Source: a candidate division FCPU426 bacterium
GTDB taxonomy: Bacteria; Oederibacteriota; Muellerivitia; Muellerivitales; Muellerivitaceae
Assembly (NCBI GenBank): GCA_963771075.1
Contig: CAVYSE010000003.1
Coordinates: 288,001-352,000, forward strand
Direction: 5' to 3'
Length of the DNA: 64,000 nt
The notes under the pieces are model-generated. The model saw only the letters and a program-made list of their open reading frames with translations, was not told the origin of the DNA and did no database searches. Of the stretch, positions 1 through 9,543 are shown one piece after another. Both the position numbers and the translations under genes were made by a program. Each line of letters opens with the position of its first letter. Position 1 is the first letter of the stretch.

Positions 1-2922
1 CAGATCATTTAAATTGATGACGTAATGTTCCAGTTCCTTCTCGTGCTCGGACAGGGGGTGGCCTGAGAGATATAGGCCCAACACATCTTTTTCCCCATTC
101 AGCACCTGGGCGGCCGACCATTCCGGCGTCCCGGATTGGGGTTCCGGTGCCCCCCCCTCCGCCAGCCCCCCGAAAAGGGAGGTTTGGCCGGTCAATAGGT
201 CGCTCTGGGAACCCTGGCCCCGCCGGAAGGCCTGTTCCAGCTGGGCCGTCAACCCGGCGCGGGTGGCTCCGGGAAAAGAAAAGGCCCCCGCCAGGATGAG
301 GCTTTCCATCATCTTGGGGGTGAAGCACTTCAAATCGACACGGTTGCAAAAATCGGCAAGACTCTTGAAAGGGCCGTCCACGGCGCGGGCCTTCAATATG
401 GCGTCCATGGCCGGGCTTCCTACGTTTTTAACCGCCGTCAGCGAGAACCGGATCGCCCCCTCCTGGGTCACCACGAATTCCCTTCCGCTTTGGTTCACGT
501 CTGGCGGCAAAACCACATAACCCATGCGGCGGCTCTCATAAACATATTGGGAGATCTTGTCCTGGTTTCCCGTCTCGCTGGTGAGCAAGGCGGCCATGAA
601 CTCCGCCCCGAAATGGGTCTTCAGATAGGCGGTTTGGAAGGCCACCAGGGCGTAGGCGGCGCTGTGGGATTTGTTGAATCCATAACCCGCGAATTTGGCC
701 ATGTGGTTGAAGATGGCCTCCGCGGTATCGCCCGGGATGTCCCGGTCCTTGGCTCCGGAAATGAATTGGCTTCGCATTCTTTCCATTTTTTCAGGGTTTT
801 TGGACCCCATGGCCCTGCGTAGCAAATCGGCCTGGCCCAGGCTAAAACCGCCCAGGTCCTTGGCGATCCGCATCACCTGTTCCTGGTAGACGATGACGCC
901 ATAGGTGGTTTTCAATACGGGTTCCAGGAGGGGGTGAAGGTATTCCACCTTTACTTGCCCCTTTTTGCGCCGGATAAAGTCGTCCACCATGTCCGAACCC
1001 AGGGGGCCCGGCCGATACAAGGCGTTCATGGCGATGATGTCCTCAATATTGCCGGGGGATAACTTCCGCAGGTAATCCCGCATCCCCCTCGATTCCATTT
1101 GGAATACACCCAGTGTGCGCGCGTCGCGGAATAGCCGGAAGGTGGGGTTATCGTCCAAGGGAAACTGCTCGGGTTTCAGGATGAGGCCCTTTCGTTCCCG
1201 AACCAGCCGGATCGCGTCATCAATGACCGAAAGGGTCCGCAATCCGAGGATATCCAATTTCAAAAGGCCCACGTCTTTCAGGGCGTTCATGTCGTATTGG
1301 GTCAGGATTTCATCGTGAACGCCTTTGCAAAGGGGTATGGTCGAAAGAAGGGGCTCGTCGCTGATGATGATTCCCGCCGCGTGGGTGGAAACGTGGCGGA
1401 CTAGCCCCTCCAGCGCCTTGGAGATGTCCCACCATTGGCGGTGGGGCCCTTCCTCGGACGCGATGGCCTTGAGTTCGGGAACCCTTCCCTCCACATCGCT
1501 GAGGGTCACCTTTAGCTCGTAGGGGATCAGCTTGGCGATCCGGTCCACCTCGGCCAGGGGGATTTCCAAAACCCGGCCCACGTCCCTCACCACTGCCTTG
1601 GCGGCCATAGTCCCAAAGGTCACGATTGAAGCCACCCGGTCCTTGCCGTAGGTTTGGGTTACGTAGTCCAGCACCTCTCCCCGACGGGTGTCGCTCACAT
1701 CCACGTCGATATCCGGCGCGCTCACCCGCTCGGGATTGATAAACCTTTCAAAGAGGAGGTCGTAACGCAGCGGGTCCACGTCCGTAATGCCGGTAAGGAA
1801 TGACACCAGGCTTCCGGCGGCCGATCCCCGGCCCGGCCCCACCGGGATCCCTTTTTCCCTGGCGCGGGCGATGATGTCCCAGACGATGAGGAAATACCCC
1901 GCGAAACCCGTTTCATTTATGACTGAAAGCTCATTCTTCAGCCTTTCCTGAACCAGGACTTCCTGGCTCTTGTCCACGTAACGATTCGGGATCGCGTCTT
2001 GGCAAATCTTTTCCAGGAACGCGTTGGCGTTCGTCCCTTCCGGGAGGAGGGGGAAAGAGGGCATGCGGGTTTTCTCGAATTCCAATTCCACGTTGCACCG
2101 CATGGCGATATCGATGGTATGGCGAAGGGCTTCCGGTATTTCCCCGAAAAGGCTTCCCATTTCCTCCTGGCTCTTAAGGTAATACTGGTCGGAACCCCAG
2201 GTGGAGTGTTGGGGGTCGGAAAACACCTGTCCCTTCCCCAGGCACAATAAAACCTCGTGGCGTGGGGCGTCCCGGCGCAGAAGGTAGCCCACCCCGTTGG
2301 CCGCGACGGTTGAAATGTCGGTTTTCTTTGATAGTTCCAGCAAGCTTTGAAGGACAAGGCGGTCGTCGGGCTTGCCGTGGTCGGTCAACTCCAGGAAAAA
2401 GTGGTCCTTGCCGAAGATTTCAACGTATTGGGCGGCCGCCTTGACCGCCAGAGGCATTTCCCCCTTGAAAAGCAGGCGGTCCAACTCGCCCCTCTCCCCG
2501 CCGGACAAGGCGATTAGTCCCTTGGCATGGCGGGAAAGCAAGCTTTTGTCCACCCTTGGAGGATCACCCGGAGATTGAAGATATCCTGCGGATGACAAAC
2601 CCATGAGGTTTTTATAACCTTCCAGGTCTTCCGCTAAAAGAACCAAACTATGTGCCTTATCCCCACGGCGGGGACCCTCGACGGGGTCAAACCGGCTTCC
2701 CGTGGCAACCAAAACTTCCAAGCCCAAAATGGGCTTGAGTCCGTTCGCCTTGCAAGCCTGGTAAAAGGGGATCGCGCCGAAAAGGTTTCCCTTGTCCGTC
2801 AAGGCAACCCCCGGCATTTTCAATTCCTTTAGGCGGGTGATGAGGGGCTCGAACTTGATGGTGCTTTCAAGGATGCTGAACTGGCTGTGAAGATGAAGGT
2901 GGATGAAGGTGGAGCGGTTCAT
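1..2922 (-). CDS. dnaE: DNA polymerase III alpha subunit (partial; 3' end runs off the window start)
   Basis: Manual translation from ATG at 2922: MNRSTFIHLHLHSQFS...ALTDKGNLFGA (PHP domain), GPGRGSAAGS, FERFINPERVSAPDIDVD, GLLKLDILGL, FNKSHSAAY. No stop seen in the stretches translated up to position 1, which explains its absence from the ORF track. Confidence 0.96.
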   Translation of the reverse strand, partial: MNRSTFIHLHLHSQFSILESTIKFEPLITRLKELKMPGVALTDKGNLFGAIPFYQACKANGLKPILGLEVLVATGSRFDPVEGPRRGDKAHSLVLLAEDLEGYKNLMGLSSAGYLQSPGDPPRVDKSLLSRHAKGLIALSGGERGELDRLLFKGEMPLAVKAAAQYVEIFGKDHFFLELTDHGKPDDRLVLQSLLELSKKTDISTVAANGVGYLLRRDAPRHEVLLCLGKGQVFSDPQHSTWGSDQYYLKSQEEMGSLFGEIPEALRHTIDIAMRCNVELEFEKTRMPSFPLLPEGTNANAFLEKICQDAIPNRYVDKSQEVLVQERLKNELSVINETGFAGYFLIVWDIIARAREKGIPVGPGRGSAAGSLVSFLTGITDVDPLRYDLLFERFINPERVSAPDIDVDVSDTRRGEVLDYVTQTYGKDRVASIVTFGTMAAKAVVRDVGRVLEIPLAEVDRIAKLIPYELKVTLSDVEGRVPELKAIASEEGPHRQWWDISKALEGLVRHVSTHAAGIIISDEPLLSTIPLCKGVHDEILTQYDMNALKDVGLLKLDILGLRTLSVIDDAIRLVRERKGLILKPEQFPLDDNPTFRLFRDARTLGVFQMESRGMRDYLRKLSPGNIEDIIAMNALYRPGPLGSDMVDDFIRRKKGQVKVEYLHPLLEPVLKTTYGVIVYQEQVMRIAKDLGGFSLGQADLLRRAMGSKNPEKMERMRSQFISGAKDRDIPGDTAEAIFNHMAKFAGYGFNKSHSAAYALVAFQTAYLKTHFGAEFMAALLTSETGNQDKISQYVYESRRMGYVVLPPDVNQSGREFVVTQEGAIRFSLTAVKNVGSPAMDAILKARAVDGPFKSLADFCNRVDLKCFTPKMMESLILAGAFSFPGATRAGLTAQLEQAFRRGQGSQSDLLTGQTSLFGGLAEGGAPEPQSGTPEWSAAQVLNGEKDVLGLYLSGHPLSEHEKELEHYVINLNDL

Positions 2923-2929
2923 GGCCCGT

Positions 2930-2935
2930 ATTATA
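2930..2935 (-). promoter_or_regulatory. Putative -10 box (TATAAT) 7 nt upstream of the dnaE ATG; possible leaderless transcript
   Basis: Minus strand reads TATAAT-ACGGGCC-ATG, with no SD sequence. Confidence 0.5.
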
Positions 2936-3006
2936 AGAAAAGGGGCCCCTGCCGAAAGCCCAGAAGGCCTTAAATAAAGGTTCAGGCAAGTCAACCCCAC
3001 AACAGC

Positions 3007-3116
3007 CAACACAAAGATACTAAGACACAAGGAAAGTCGTATTTAAAACGAATTTTCCAAGGTTTTATCGAACCTATTCTTCATGTCGTTCTTTGTGTCT
3101 TCGTGGTTTTGTGTTG
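3007..3116. repeat. REP/REPIN-like intergenic inverted repeat
   Basis: CAACACAAAGATACTAAGACACAAGG ... CTTTGTGTCTTCGTGGTTTTGTGTTGG; related to the copy at ~14960-15145. Confidence 0.6.
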
Positions 3117-3126
3117 GAAGTAAATA

Positions 3127-3369
3127 CTAATCGTGCCGATGCCAGCCCTTATAGTTGAATTTCCATGAATTAATGGACCGCCAAGGAAAGAGAAGGCTCC
3201 TTAAGATAGCGATCAGTACGAAAAGCCCCATGCAGTGCCAGAAAGGAAGATGCTGGTAGACCGCCGGAATCCCATAGGCGTAGGTTGGGGCTAAGGCGTT
3301 CCAGATGAAATAAAAGGGGATGGACCAAAAAGCCGCCGCGAATACCCCGAAAAAATGGCCGTTTTTCAT
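3127..3369 (-). CDS. Small hypothetical membrane protein (~80 aa, 2 TM)
   Basis: MKNGHFFGVFAAAFWSIPFYFIWN..., preceded by AGGAG SD; two hydrophobic segments. Confidence 0.65.
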   Translation of the reverse strand: MKNGHFFGVFAAAFWSIPFYFIWNALAPTYAYGIPAVYQHLPFWHCMGLFVLIAILRSLLFPWRSINSWKFNYKGWHRHD

Positions 3370-3499
3370 GACAAAACTCCTTTGCGGTTTTGGACCTTCA
3401 ATAGATAGATCCATAAAGGGGAGTATTTGTTTATGAAAAACGAATTTATATCTTGGATGTCATTGCGAGCCGCGAACTATGCGGCAATGGCACCTAGGG

Positions 3500-5050
3500 T
3501 TATTCCCACTCAATAGTGCCAGGTGGTTTGCTGGTAATGTCATATACCACCCTATTCACGCCCCGCACCTCATTGATAATGCGGTTGGAGAGGCGGCCCA
3601 GCAGATCATAAGGCAATTTCACCCAGTCGGCAGTCATGCCGTCGGTAGAATGGACCGCGCGGATGACGCAGGTGTTCTCGTAGGTGCGCTCATCGCCCAT
3701 CACTCCCACGCTCTTGACCGGTGTGAGAACCGCGAAGGACTGCCAGATGGATTTCTGCAATCCAGCGGCGGTGATCTCTTCCGTCACGATGGCATCGGCC
3801 TTGCGGAGTATATCCAGCCGTTCTTTGGACACGGGACCGATCAGGCGGACCGCCAGGCCGGGACCGGGAAAGGGCTGGCGCCACAAAAGCGCGTCAGGTA
3901 TCCCTAATCGCTTCCCCAGGACCCTGACCTCATCCTTGAACAATTCCCTCAGTGGCTCCACCAGCTTGAATTTCATTCGCTTCGGCAAACCGCCAACATT
4001 GTGATGGCTTTTGATGGTGGCCGAGGGCCCCTTAACGGAGACGCTCTCGATGACGTCGGGATAGAGGGTGCCCTGGCCCAGGAAATCGAACTTGCCCCGC
4101 TTCTTCTGCAGTTCCAGCGCCTTCTTCTCGAAGATATGGATGAAGGTTCGGCCAATGATTTTTCGTTTTTTCTCAGGGGCCGCCACGCCCTTGAGTTTGC
4201 GGAGGAATTCCTCTTCGGCGTCGGCGAAGTAGAGGGGAATGCCCATCTTTCCCCGGAACATGGCCAGTACCTGCTCGGCCTCGCCCAGGCGCAGGACACC
4301 ATTATTCACGAAAACGCAGGAAAGCTGTTTGCCCAGGGCGCGGTGCAAGAGGGCGGCGGTCACGGTAGAATCCACCCCTCCGGAAACCCCGCAGATCACC
4401 CGGCCCTTCCCCACCTTGGCCCTAATCTCGGCCACGGCGGTCTTTTCGTAGGCGTCCATGTTCCACGTGGCTTTGCAGCCGCAGACTTTCTTGACGAAAT
4501 TCTCCAGGACTCGGGTTCCTTTTTCGGTGTGTACCACCTCCGGATGGAATTGAATGCCGTAGATTTTTTTCGTCAGGTTCGCGGCGGCCGCCAAATGGCA
4601 GTTGGAGGTGGAAGCCAGGACCTGGTATCCCTGGGGCAGTTTCACCACATGATCCCCATGGCTCATCCAGACGTTCAGGCTTTTGGGTAATTGGGCAAAC
4701 AGGCTCTTGGAGTCGCGGATCTTGAGCTTGGCCAGGCCGAACTCCCGTTTGTGGGCCTTTTCCACCTTTCCCCCGAGCGCGAAGGCGATCATTTGAATGC
4801 CGTAGCAGATGCCCAGGATGGGGATTCCGGCCTCGAAAAGGTCCTTGGAGACGTGGGGCGCCCCCTTGGCATAGACGCTCGACGGACCGCCGGAAAGGAT
4901 GATGCCCTTGGGGTGTTTGGAAAGGATCTGGTCCAGGGAGACGTTAAAAGGCAGGATCTCGCAATAAACCCCGCATTCCCGAACCCTACGCGCGATCAGC
5001 TGGCTGTACTGGGCCCCAAAATCAAGGACGATGACCGTGTCGTGCTTCAA
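3500..5050 (-). CDS. guaA: GMP synthase (glutamine-hydrolysing)
   Basis: LDFGAQY, PILGICYG, QFHPEV, SGGVDS, IKSHHNVGG, C-terminal SKPPGTIEWE. Confidence 0.99.
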   Translation of the reverse strand: MKHDTVIVLDFGAQYSQLIARRVRECGVYCEILPFNVSLDQILSKHPKGIILSGGPSSVYAKGAPHVSKDLFEAGIPILGICYGIQMIAFALGGKVEKAHKREFGLAKLKIRDSKSLFAQLPKSLNVWMSHGDHVVKLPQGYQVLASTSNCHLAAAANLTKKIYGIQFHPEVVHTEKGTRVLENFVKKVCGCKATWNMDAYEKTAVAEIRAKVGKGRVICGVSGGVDSTVTAALLHRALGKQLSCVFVNNGVLRLGEAEQVLAMFRGKMGIPLYFADAEEEFLRKLKGVAAPEKKRKIIGRTFIHIFEKKALELQKKRGKFDFLGQGTLYPDVIESVSVKGPSATIKSHHNVGGLPKRMKFKLVEPLRELFKDEVRVLGKRLGIPDALLWRQPFPGPGLAVRLIGPVSKERLDILRKADAIVTEEITAAGLQKSIWQSFAVLTPVKSVGVMGDERTYENTCVIRAVHSTDGMTADWVKLPYDLLGRLSNRIINEVRGVNRVVYDITSKPPGTIEWE

Positions 5051-5071
5051 GATATCCCCCTGAAAGAAGTT

Positions 5072-5194
5072 AACAGTCGGCGGTCGACAGTCGACAGCAA
5101 AACAGTTGAAGTTGAGATTTTGTCTAAGCTGCGGACTGTCGATTGTTAACTGTCGTTGCTGCTATCTGTCGACCGTGGACTGTCGGCTGTCGAC
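5072..5194. repeat. Degenerate heptamer (GTCGACA/CTGTCGA) inverted repeat tract between guaB and guaA
   Basis: ACAGTCGGCGGTCGACAGTCGACAG ... CTGTCGACCGTGGACTGTCGGCTGTCGAC. Confidence 0.6.
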
Positions 5195-6672
5195 TAGTCT
5201 ATGTAGTAGTTGGGAGCTTCCTTGGTAATCACCACATCGTGGGGATGGCTTTCCTGATAGCCCGCATGGGTGATCTGAACGAACCGGCCGTTCGCCTGCA
5301 GGTCGAGGATCGACGGTGTCCCGCTATAACCCATGCCGGCCCTCAAGCCCCCCACCAGCTGGAACACCAGGTCGGTCAATTGGCCCCGGTAAGGCACCCG
5401 GGCCTCGATGCCTTCGGGCACCAGCTTCTTGGCGTCCGCGCTGTTGTCCTGGAAGTAACGGTCGGCGCTGCGTCCCTTTTGCATGGCGGCCAAGCGAGCC
5501 CATGCCGTTGTAGACCTTAAACATGCGCCCCTGAAGGTTGATGACCTCGCCCGGCGATTCCTCGCAACCCGGCAAAAAGCCCTCCCAGCATGACCGCGTC
5601 CGCACCGGCCGCGATGGCCTTGGTGATATCGCCCGGAGTACTTGATCCCGCCGTCCGCGATGATGCCGATCTTGTTTTTCTTCGCGACCTTCGCGCACTC
5701 CGCGATGGCCCAGACCTGGGGCACCCCGACGCCGGTCACCACGCGGGTGGTGCAGATGGAACCGGGCCCCACGCCCACCTTTACGCAGTCCGCCCCCGCG
5801 TCCACCAGCGCCTTAACCGCTTCCGCCGTCACGACGTTGCCCGCGATCAGGACCAGCTTGGGAAATTTCTTGCGGATCGTTTTCACCGTATTCAGCACGC
5901 CCTGGGAATGGCCGTGGGCGGTGTCCACCACCACCACATCCACTCCCGCCGCAGCCAAGGCCTCGGCCCTCTCCTCGGTTTCTTTGGAGACGGAAACCGC
6001 CGCGCCCACCCGGAGGCGGCCTCCCGGGTCCTTGCAGGCGTTGGGGAACTTGATGCGTTTGTTGATGTCCTTGATGGTGATGAGCCCCTGCAGATTGCCC
6101 TTCTTGTCCACCACCAGCAGTTTCTCGATGCGGTGCTTGTGCAGGGTTTCCTCGGCCTTGTCCAGGTTGGTGCCGACCGGCACGGTGACCAGGTTTTCCT
6201 TGGTCATGACCTGACTTAAGGGGCAAGTCCATTTTTTTCACGAACCGCAGGTCCCGGTTGGTGACGATGCCCGACCAATTGGCGGTCATCCTTTACGATG
6301 GGGATCCCCGAGATGTGGTAGTGCTTCATGATTTCCAGAGCGTCCGCGACGGTCTTGTCGGGGGCGAGGGTGATCGGGATCCTTGATCATCCCGGCCTCG
6401 GACCGCTTGACCTTGTCCACTTCCCCCGCCTGCTGGGCGATGGTGCAGTTCTTGTGGATGATCCCCAGTCCGCCTTCCTGGGCCAGGGCGATCGCGAGGC
6501 GGGCTTCGGTAACCGTGTCCATGGCGGCGCTCAGGATGGGAATGTTGAGTTTCAGCGAAGGGGTGAGGTGGGTGGAGACGTCGGTTTCTTTGGGCAGCAC
6601 TTCGGATTTTTGGGGCACCAGCATCACATCATCGTAGGTTAAGGCCGTCGCCAGCTTGTCCGGCTCGATCAT
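5194..6672 (-). CDS. guaB: IMP dehydrogenase (several apparent frameshifts, probably sequencing indels)
   Basis: [32 protein letters not shown] region, [40 protein letters not shown], spread over different frames. Confidence 0.95.
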
Positions 6673-6839
6673 GGAAACACCCCGGGAAAGGTGGAAGTGG
6701 CGGTTAATATAAGCCCACTCGGCGGGGGTGTCAATGAAACCCCCTACAGTCGGTGGGGTTTTGCGATTAGATTCCAAGACAAAACAATAACAACACTAAG
6801 CCGCAAAGAAACCTATCTCTTTGGAAGGGGGCGAATCCT

Positions 6840-6953
6840 ACAGAGTAAACCCGGACAATGGGTTTAAGATTCCTTGAATTTAGAAAGGTTTTTCTCTGTG
6901 CCTCTGTGGCCGCCAAGGGCGGCCTGTGGTGAAATTAGGTTTTGTTATAGTCT
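6840..6953 (+). repeat. ~115-bp dispersed REP-like repeat, copy 1
   Basis: Near-identical to 8776-8888 (direct) and 48168-48290 (inverted); contains hairpin CTGTGGCCGCCAAGGGCGGCCTGTGG. Confidence 0.85.
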
Positions 6954-6987
6954 CTTAGAGTCTTCGTGTGGAAGGCTGGTTTATTTT

Positions 6988-8655
6988 TCAATGCCAGAAT
7001 TCGAAATTCGCCTTATAAGCAGGGACTTTTTTGGACTCCAAATAGGTTCGGATCTGATCCGATAGCGCGGCCATGTACCTGGCTTCACTCATGGATTGGG
7101 CCTGCCAGTCGTTATCCGCCACCATTTGCTGGACCCTTTGGACATGCTTCACATAGAGCTGGTCGACCGGAATGTCGGGAAAAAACTCGCTCACCTGCCA
7201 ATTGTTCTGCTGGTTGGTTCCCGGCCAGCCGTTCGTTGAAAACCAGATGCCATTGGTGAAGACCGTCACGAAGGAAACCTTGGGCGCGATCGAACCCGGA
7301 AACTTGATGATCTCGCTGTAGGTGCTTACATCCGGCTTCATGCCCACCTCCATGAAATTGGAACTGGGCAGGTCGGGCAAGGTGAATTGAACCGTTTCCG
7401 TAAAACCCATGGTCTGGAGTTGGTTTTGGAATTCCGAATAAGCCGTGATATCCATTTCCCCGATCTGGTTGGCGGTCACCTCCACGATATGCAGGGAAGG
7501 AATGCTGTCCACCACCTTGACCGCTGAAGCGGGCATGAGTGCCCCCAAGGCGACTATCGCCCCCCCCATCAGCAAAAGAACTAACACCGCCAAGATCCAT
7601 ATTGATATATGAAGTTTCTTAGCTGCCGGTTCCAATACCCCCACCCATTTCTCAAAATAAAAACGGACCCATTGTTTACCGATGATCCATAAGCTGGGCC
7701 GGGAACGCCGTTTCCCCCCCGCAGGGTCGGTTTGGGGCAGGGGTTCATTGGCAAGGGCTTCCCCAAACCCAGTCGGGACGGAAAGGGATGGGGCCGGTGG
7801 TTCCCCATGGGCGGGGATCATCGTTTTGGAGGTGGGTTCTCCCGTGGGACCCAAGGTCAATTTCGGGGGCCCGGCGGGAGCCGGAGTCACGCTGGGCCGG
7901 GTGGGCAAGTTGATCTTGGGCGGTTCCGTCTTAGGTGGTTCCATTTTGGGAGGGTCCATCTTTTGAACCGGAGGCGCGGGGGAAGCTTCCATCTTGAATG
8001 GCGGAGTGGGGTAGGCGGACGCCGGAAAGGGGGATGCGGTATGCCCAAGGGAAGATCCCACGGACTCCTGTGAGGAAGCAAGCGCCGCGTCGTCCATGAC
8101 CTGATCGGTGGAAGCTTGGCCCTGGGTGGCGGGTGCGGATGGACTGGGTTTGGCAGGAGCGCCGAACAAACCGAAGGGATCGTCTTCCAAGCCCTTGCCT
8201 TTAAAATTCAAAGGGGAGATGCCGAGCCCGGCGGGTTTGGGGGTGGAGGCGGCCGGGGTGGGCGTTGAGGCAGCCGGTTTGGGCATCGATGGGGCGGGAG
8301 CGGGCCCCGCCGTATCAGGCTTGGAGGGCATGGCCGCTGGCGCGGTCCGGGGTGGAACGGGGTTCATTTCTTCCCGCTTCGGTTGGGCGGAACCGGTATG
8401 GGAACCGGCCCAGGCCTCAAAGGGGTCCTTCGAAGCCGCCTTGTTGACTGGAGGAGGCGGGGTCGGAATGGGTGCGGTTTGGGGTTTCGAGTCGGAGACA
8501 AGGCTTTCCCCGCCTTTTTTCTTCAGGCAATCCGGACAGATCGGCTGGCCCAGAAAATCCATATCAAGACAGGCGGGGCAGAAATGGCGTCCGCACTTGT
8601 TGCAAGTGCCTACGGCCTTCCGGTCACTATGATTGGCGCAAAAGTTATCGGGCAT
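6988..8655 (-). CDS. Hypothetical protein: N-terminal B-box-like Zn finger, long Pro-rich linker, one TM, C-terminal globular domain
   Basis: CANH...CNKC...CPAC...CPDC; ~280 aa rich in P/A/S; hydrophobic helix ISIWILAVLVLLLMGGAIVAL. Confidence 0.85.
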   Translation of the reverse strand: MPDNFCANHSDRKAVGTCNKCGRHFCPACLDMDFLGQPICPDCLKKKGGESLVSDSKPQTAPIPTPPPPVNKAASKDPFEAWAGSHTGSAQPKREEMNPVPPRTAPAAMPSKPDTAGPAPAPSMPKPAASTPTPAASTPKPAGLGISPLNFKGKGLEDDPFGLFGAPAKPSPSAPATQGQASTDQVMDDAALASSQESVGSSLGHTASPFPASAYPTPPFKMEASPAPPVQKMDPPKMEPPKTEPPKINLPTRPSVTPAPAGPPKLTLGPTGEPTSKTMIPAHGEPPAPSLSVPTGFGEALANEPLPQTDPAGGKRRSRPSLWIIGKQWVRFYFEKWVGVLEPAAKKLHISIWILAVLVLLLMGGAIVALGALMPASAVKVVDSIPSLHIVEVTANQIGEMDITAYSEFQNQLQTMGFTETVQFTLPDLPSSNFMEVGMKPDVSTYSEIIKFPGSIAPKVSFVTVFTNGIWFSTNGWPGTNQQNNWQVSEFFPDIPVDQLYVKHVQRVQQMVADNDWQAQSMSEARYMAALSDQIRTYLESKKVPAYKANFEFWH

Positions 8656-8739
8656 CCCTCAGCCTTTCAATCGCGAACAACCGGTTCACGGTAACAAACA
8701 CATCCAACGCCACAAAACCAAGAAAGACATTTAGATTCT

Positions 8740-8888
8740 AACAAAACCCAATATTTACCACAGAGACACGGAGACACAGAGTAACCCCGGACAATTGGTT
8801 TAAGATTCCTTGAATTAAGAAAGGTTTTTTCTGTGCCTCTGTGGCTGCCAAAGGCCGCCTGTGGTGAAATTAGGTTTTGTTATAGTCT
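8740..8888 (+). repeat. Dispersed REP-like repeat, copy 2 (ACCACAGAGACACGGAGACACAGAG family)
   Basis: Matches 6840-6953 and 48168-48318. Confidence 0.85.
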
Positions 8889-9039
8889 TTTAGGGTAAAA
8901 GTGACAAACCCTTAAGAATCAAAAGGCCTTCAAAATCCTTTTATTTCCTTCGCGTTTTCGCGGTAAATTCCAATCAGTCGCGTTTCATTTATTATCGGCC
9001 TGTAATCCAATTCATCAACGCTAATTTCAGTTGTAAAGG

Positions 9040-9426
9040 TCAACTTTTTAAGGCAATCAGGTCCATTTCCAGGCGGGCCCCCTTCGGCAGTGCCGACACC
9101 TGCACCACCGCCCGCGCGGGCGGATTTTCCGTAAATCGAGCGGCCATTACCCGGTTCAGGGCCTCAAAGTCCCCGAGATCGATGACATAGACCGTGATTT
9201 TCAAGGCCTTTTCCAGGGTGGTGCCCGCCGCCTTCAACACCGCCTCCAGATTGTCCAAAACCCTCTTCGCTTGAACCTCAACCGTTCCCTCAACCAGGTT
9301 TCCCGTGATGGGATCAAGGGGAATCTGGCCCGAACAAAAGATGAAACCCTCCGCCGCGACGGCCTGGGAATAGGGACCAACGGGGGCCGGGGCTTCTTTC
9401 GAGAGGATGCTTTTTTTCTCCGACAT
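9040..9426 (-). CDS. ridA: RidA/YjgF/UK114 family enamine deaminase
   Basis: APAPVGPYSQAV, SGQIPLDP, PPARAVVQVSALPKGARLEMD. Confidence 0.95.
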   Translation of the reverse strand: MSEKKSILSKEAPAPVGPYSQAVAAEGFIFCSGQIPLDPITGNLVEGTVEVQAKRVLDNLEAVLKAAGTTLEKALKITVYVIDLGDFEALNRVMAARFTENPPARAVVQVSALPKGARLEMDLIALKS

Positions 9427-9543
9427 TTTATGGGCCTTCTTTCCGGTGAAATATCACCGGGATGTTAATTTGTTCCGAAACCCGCTATGAACAGGAACCG
9501 TTTGAAAAAAATCTCTACTGGGACGGTCGAGGGTATCCCCATA

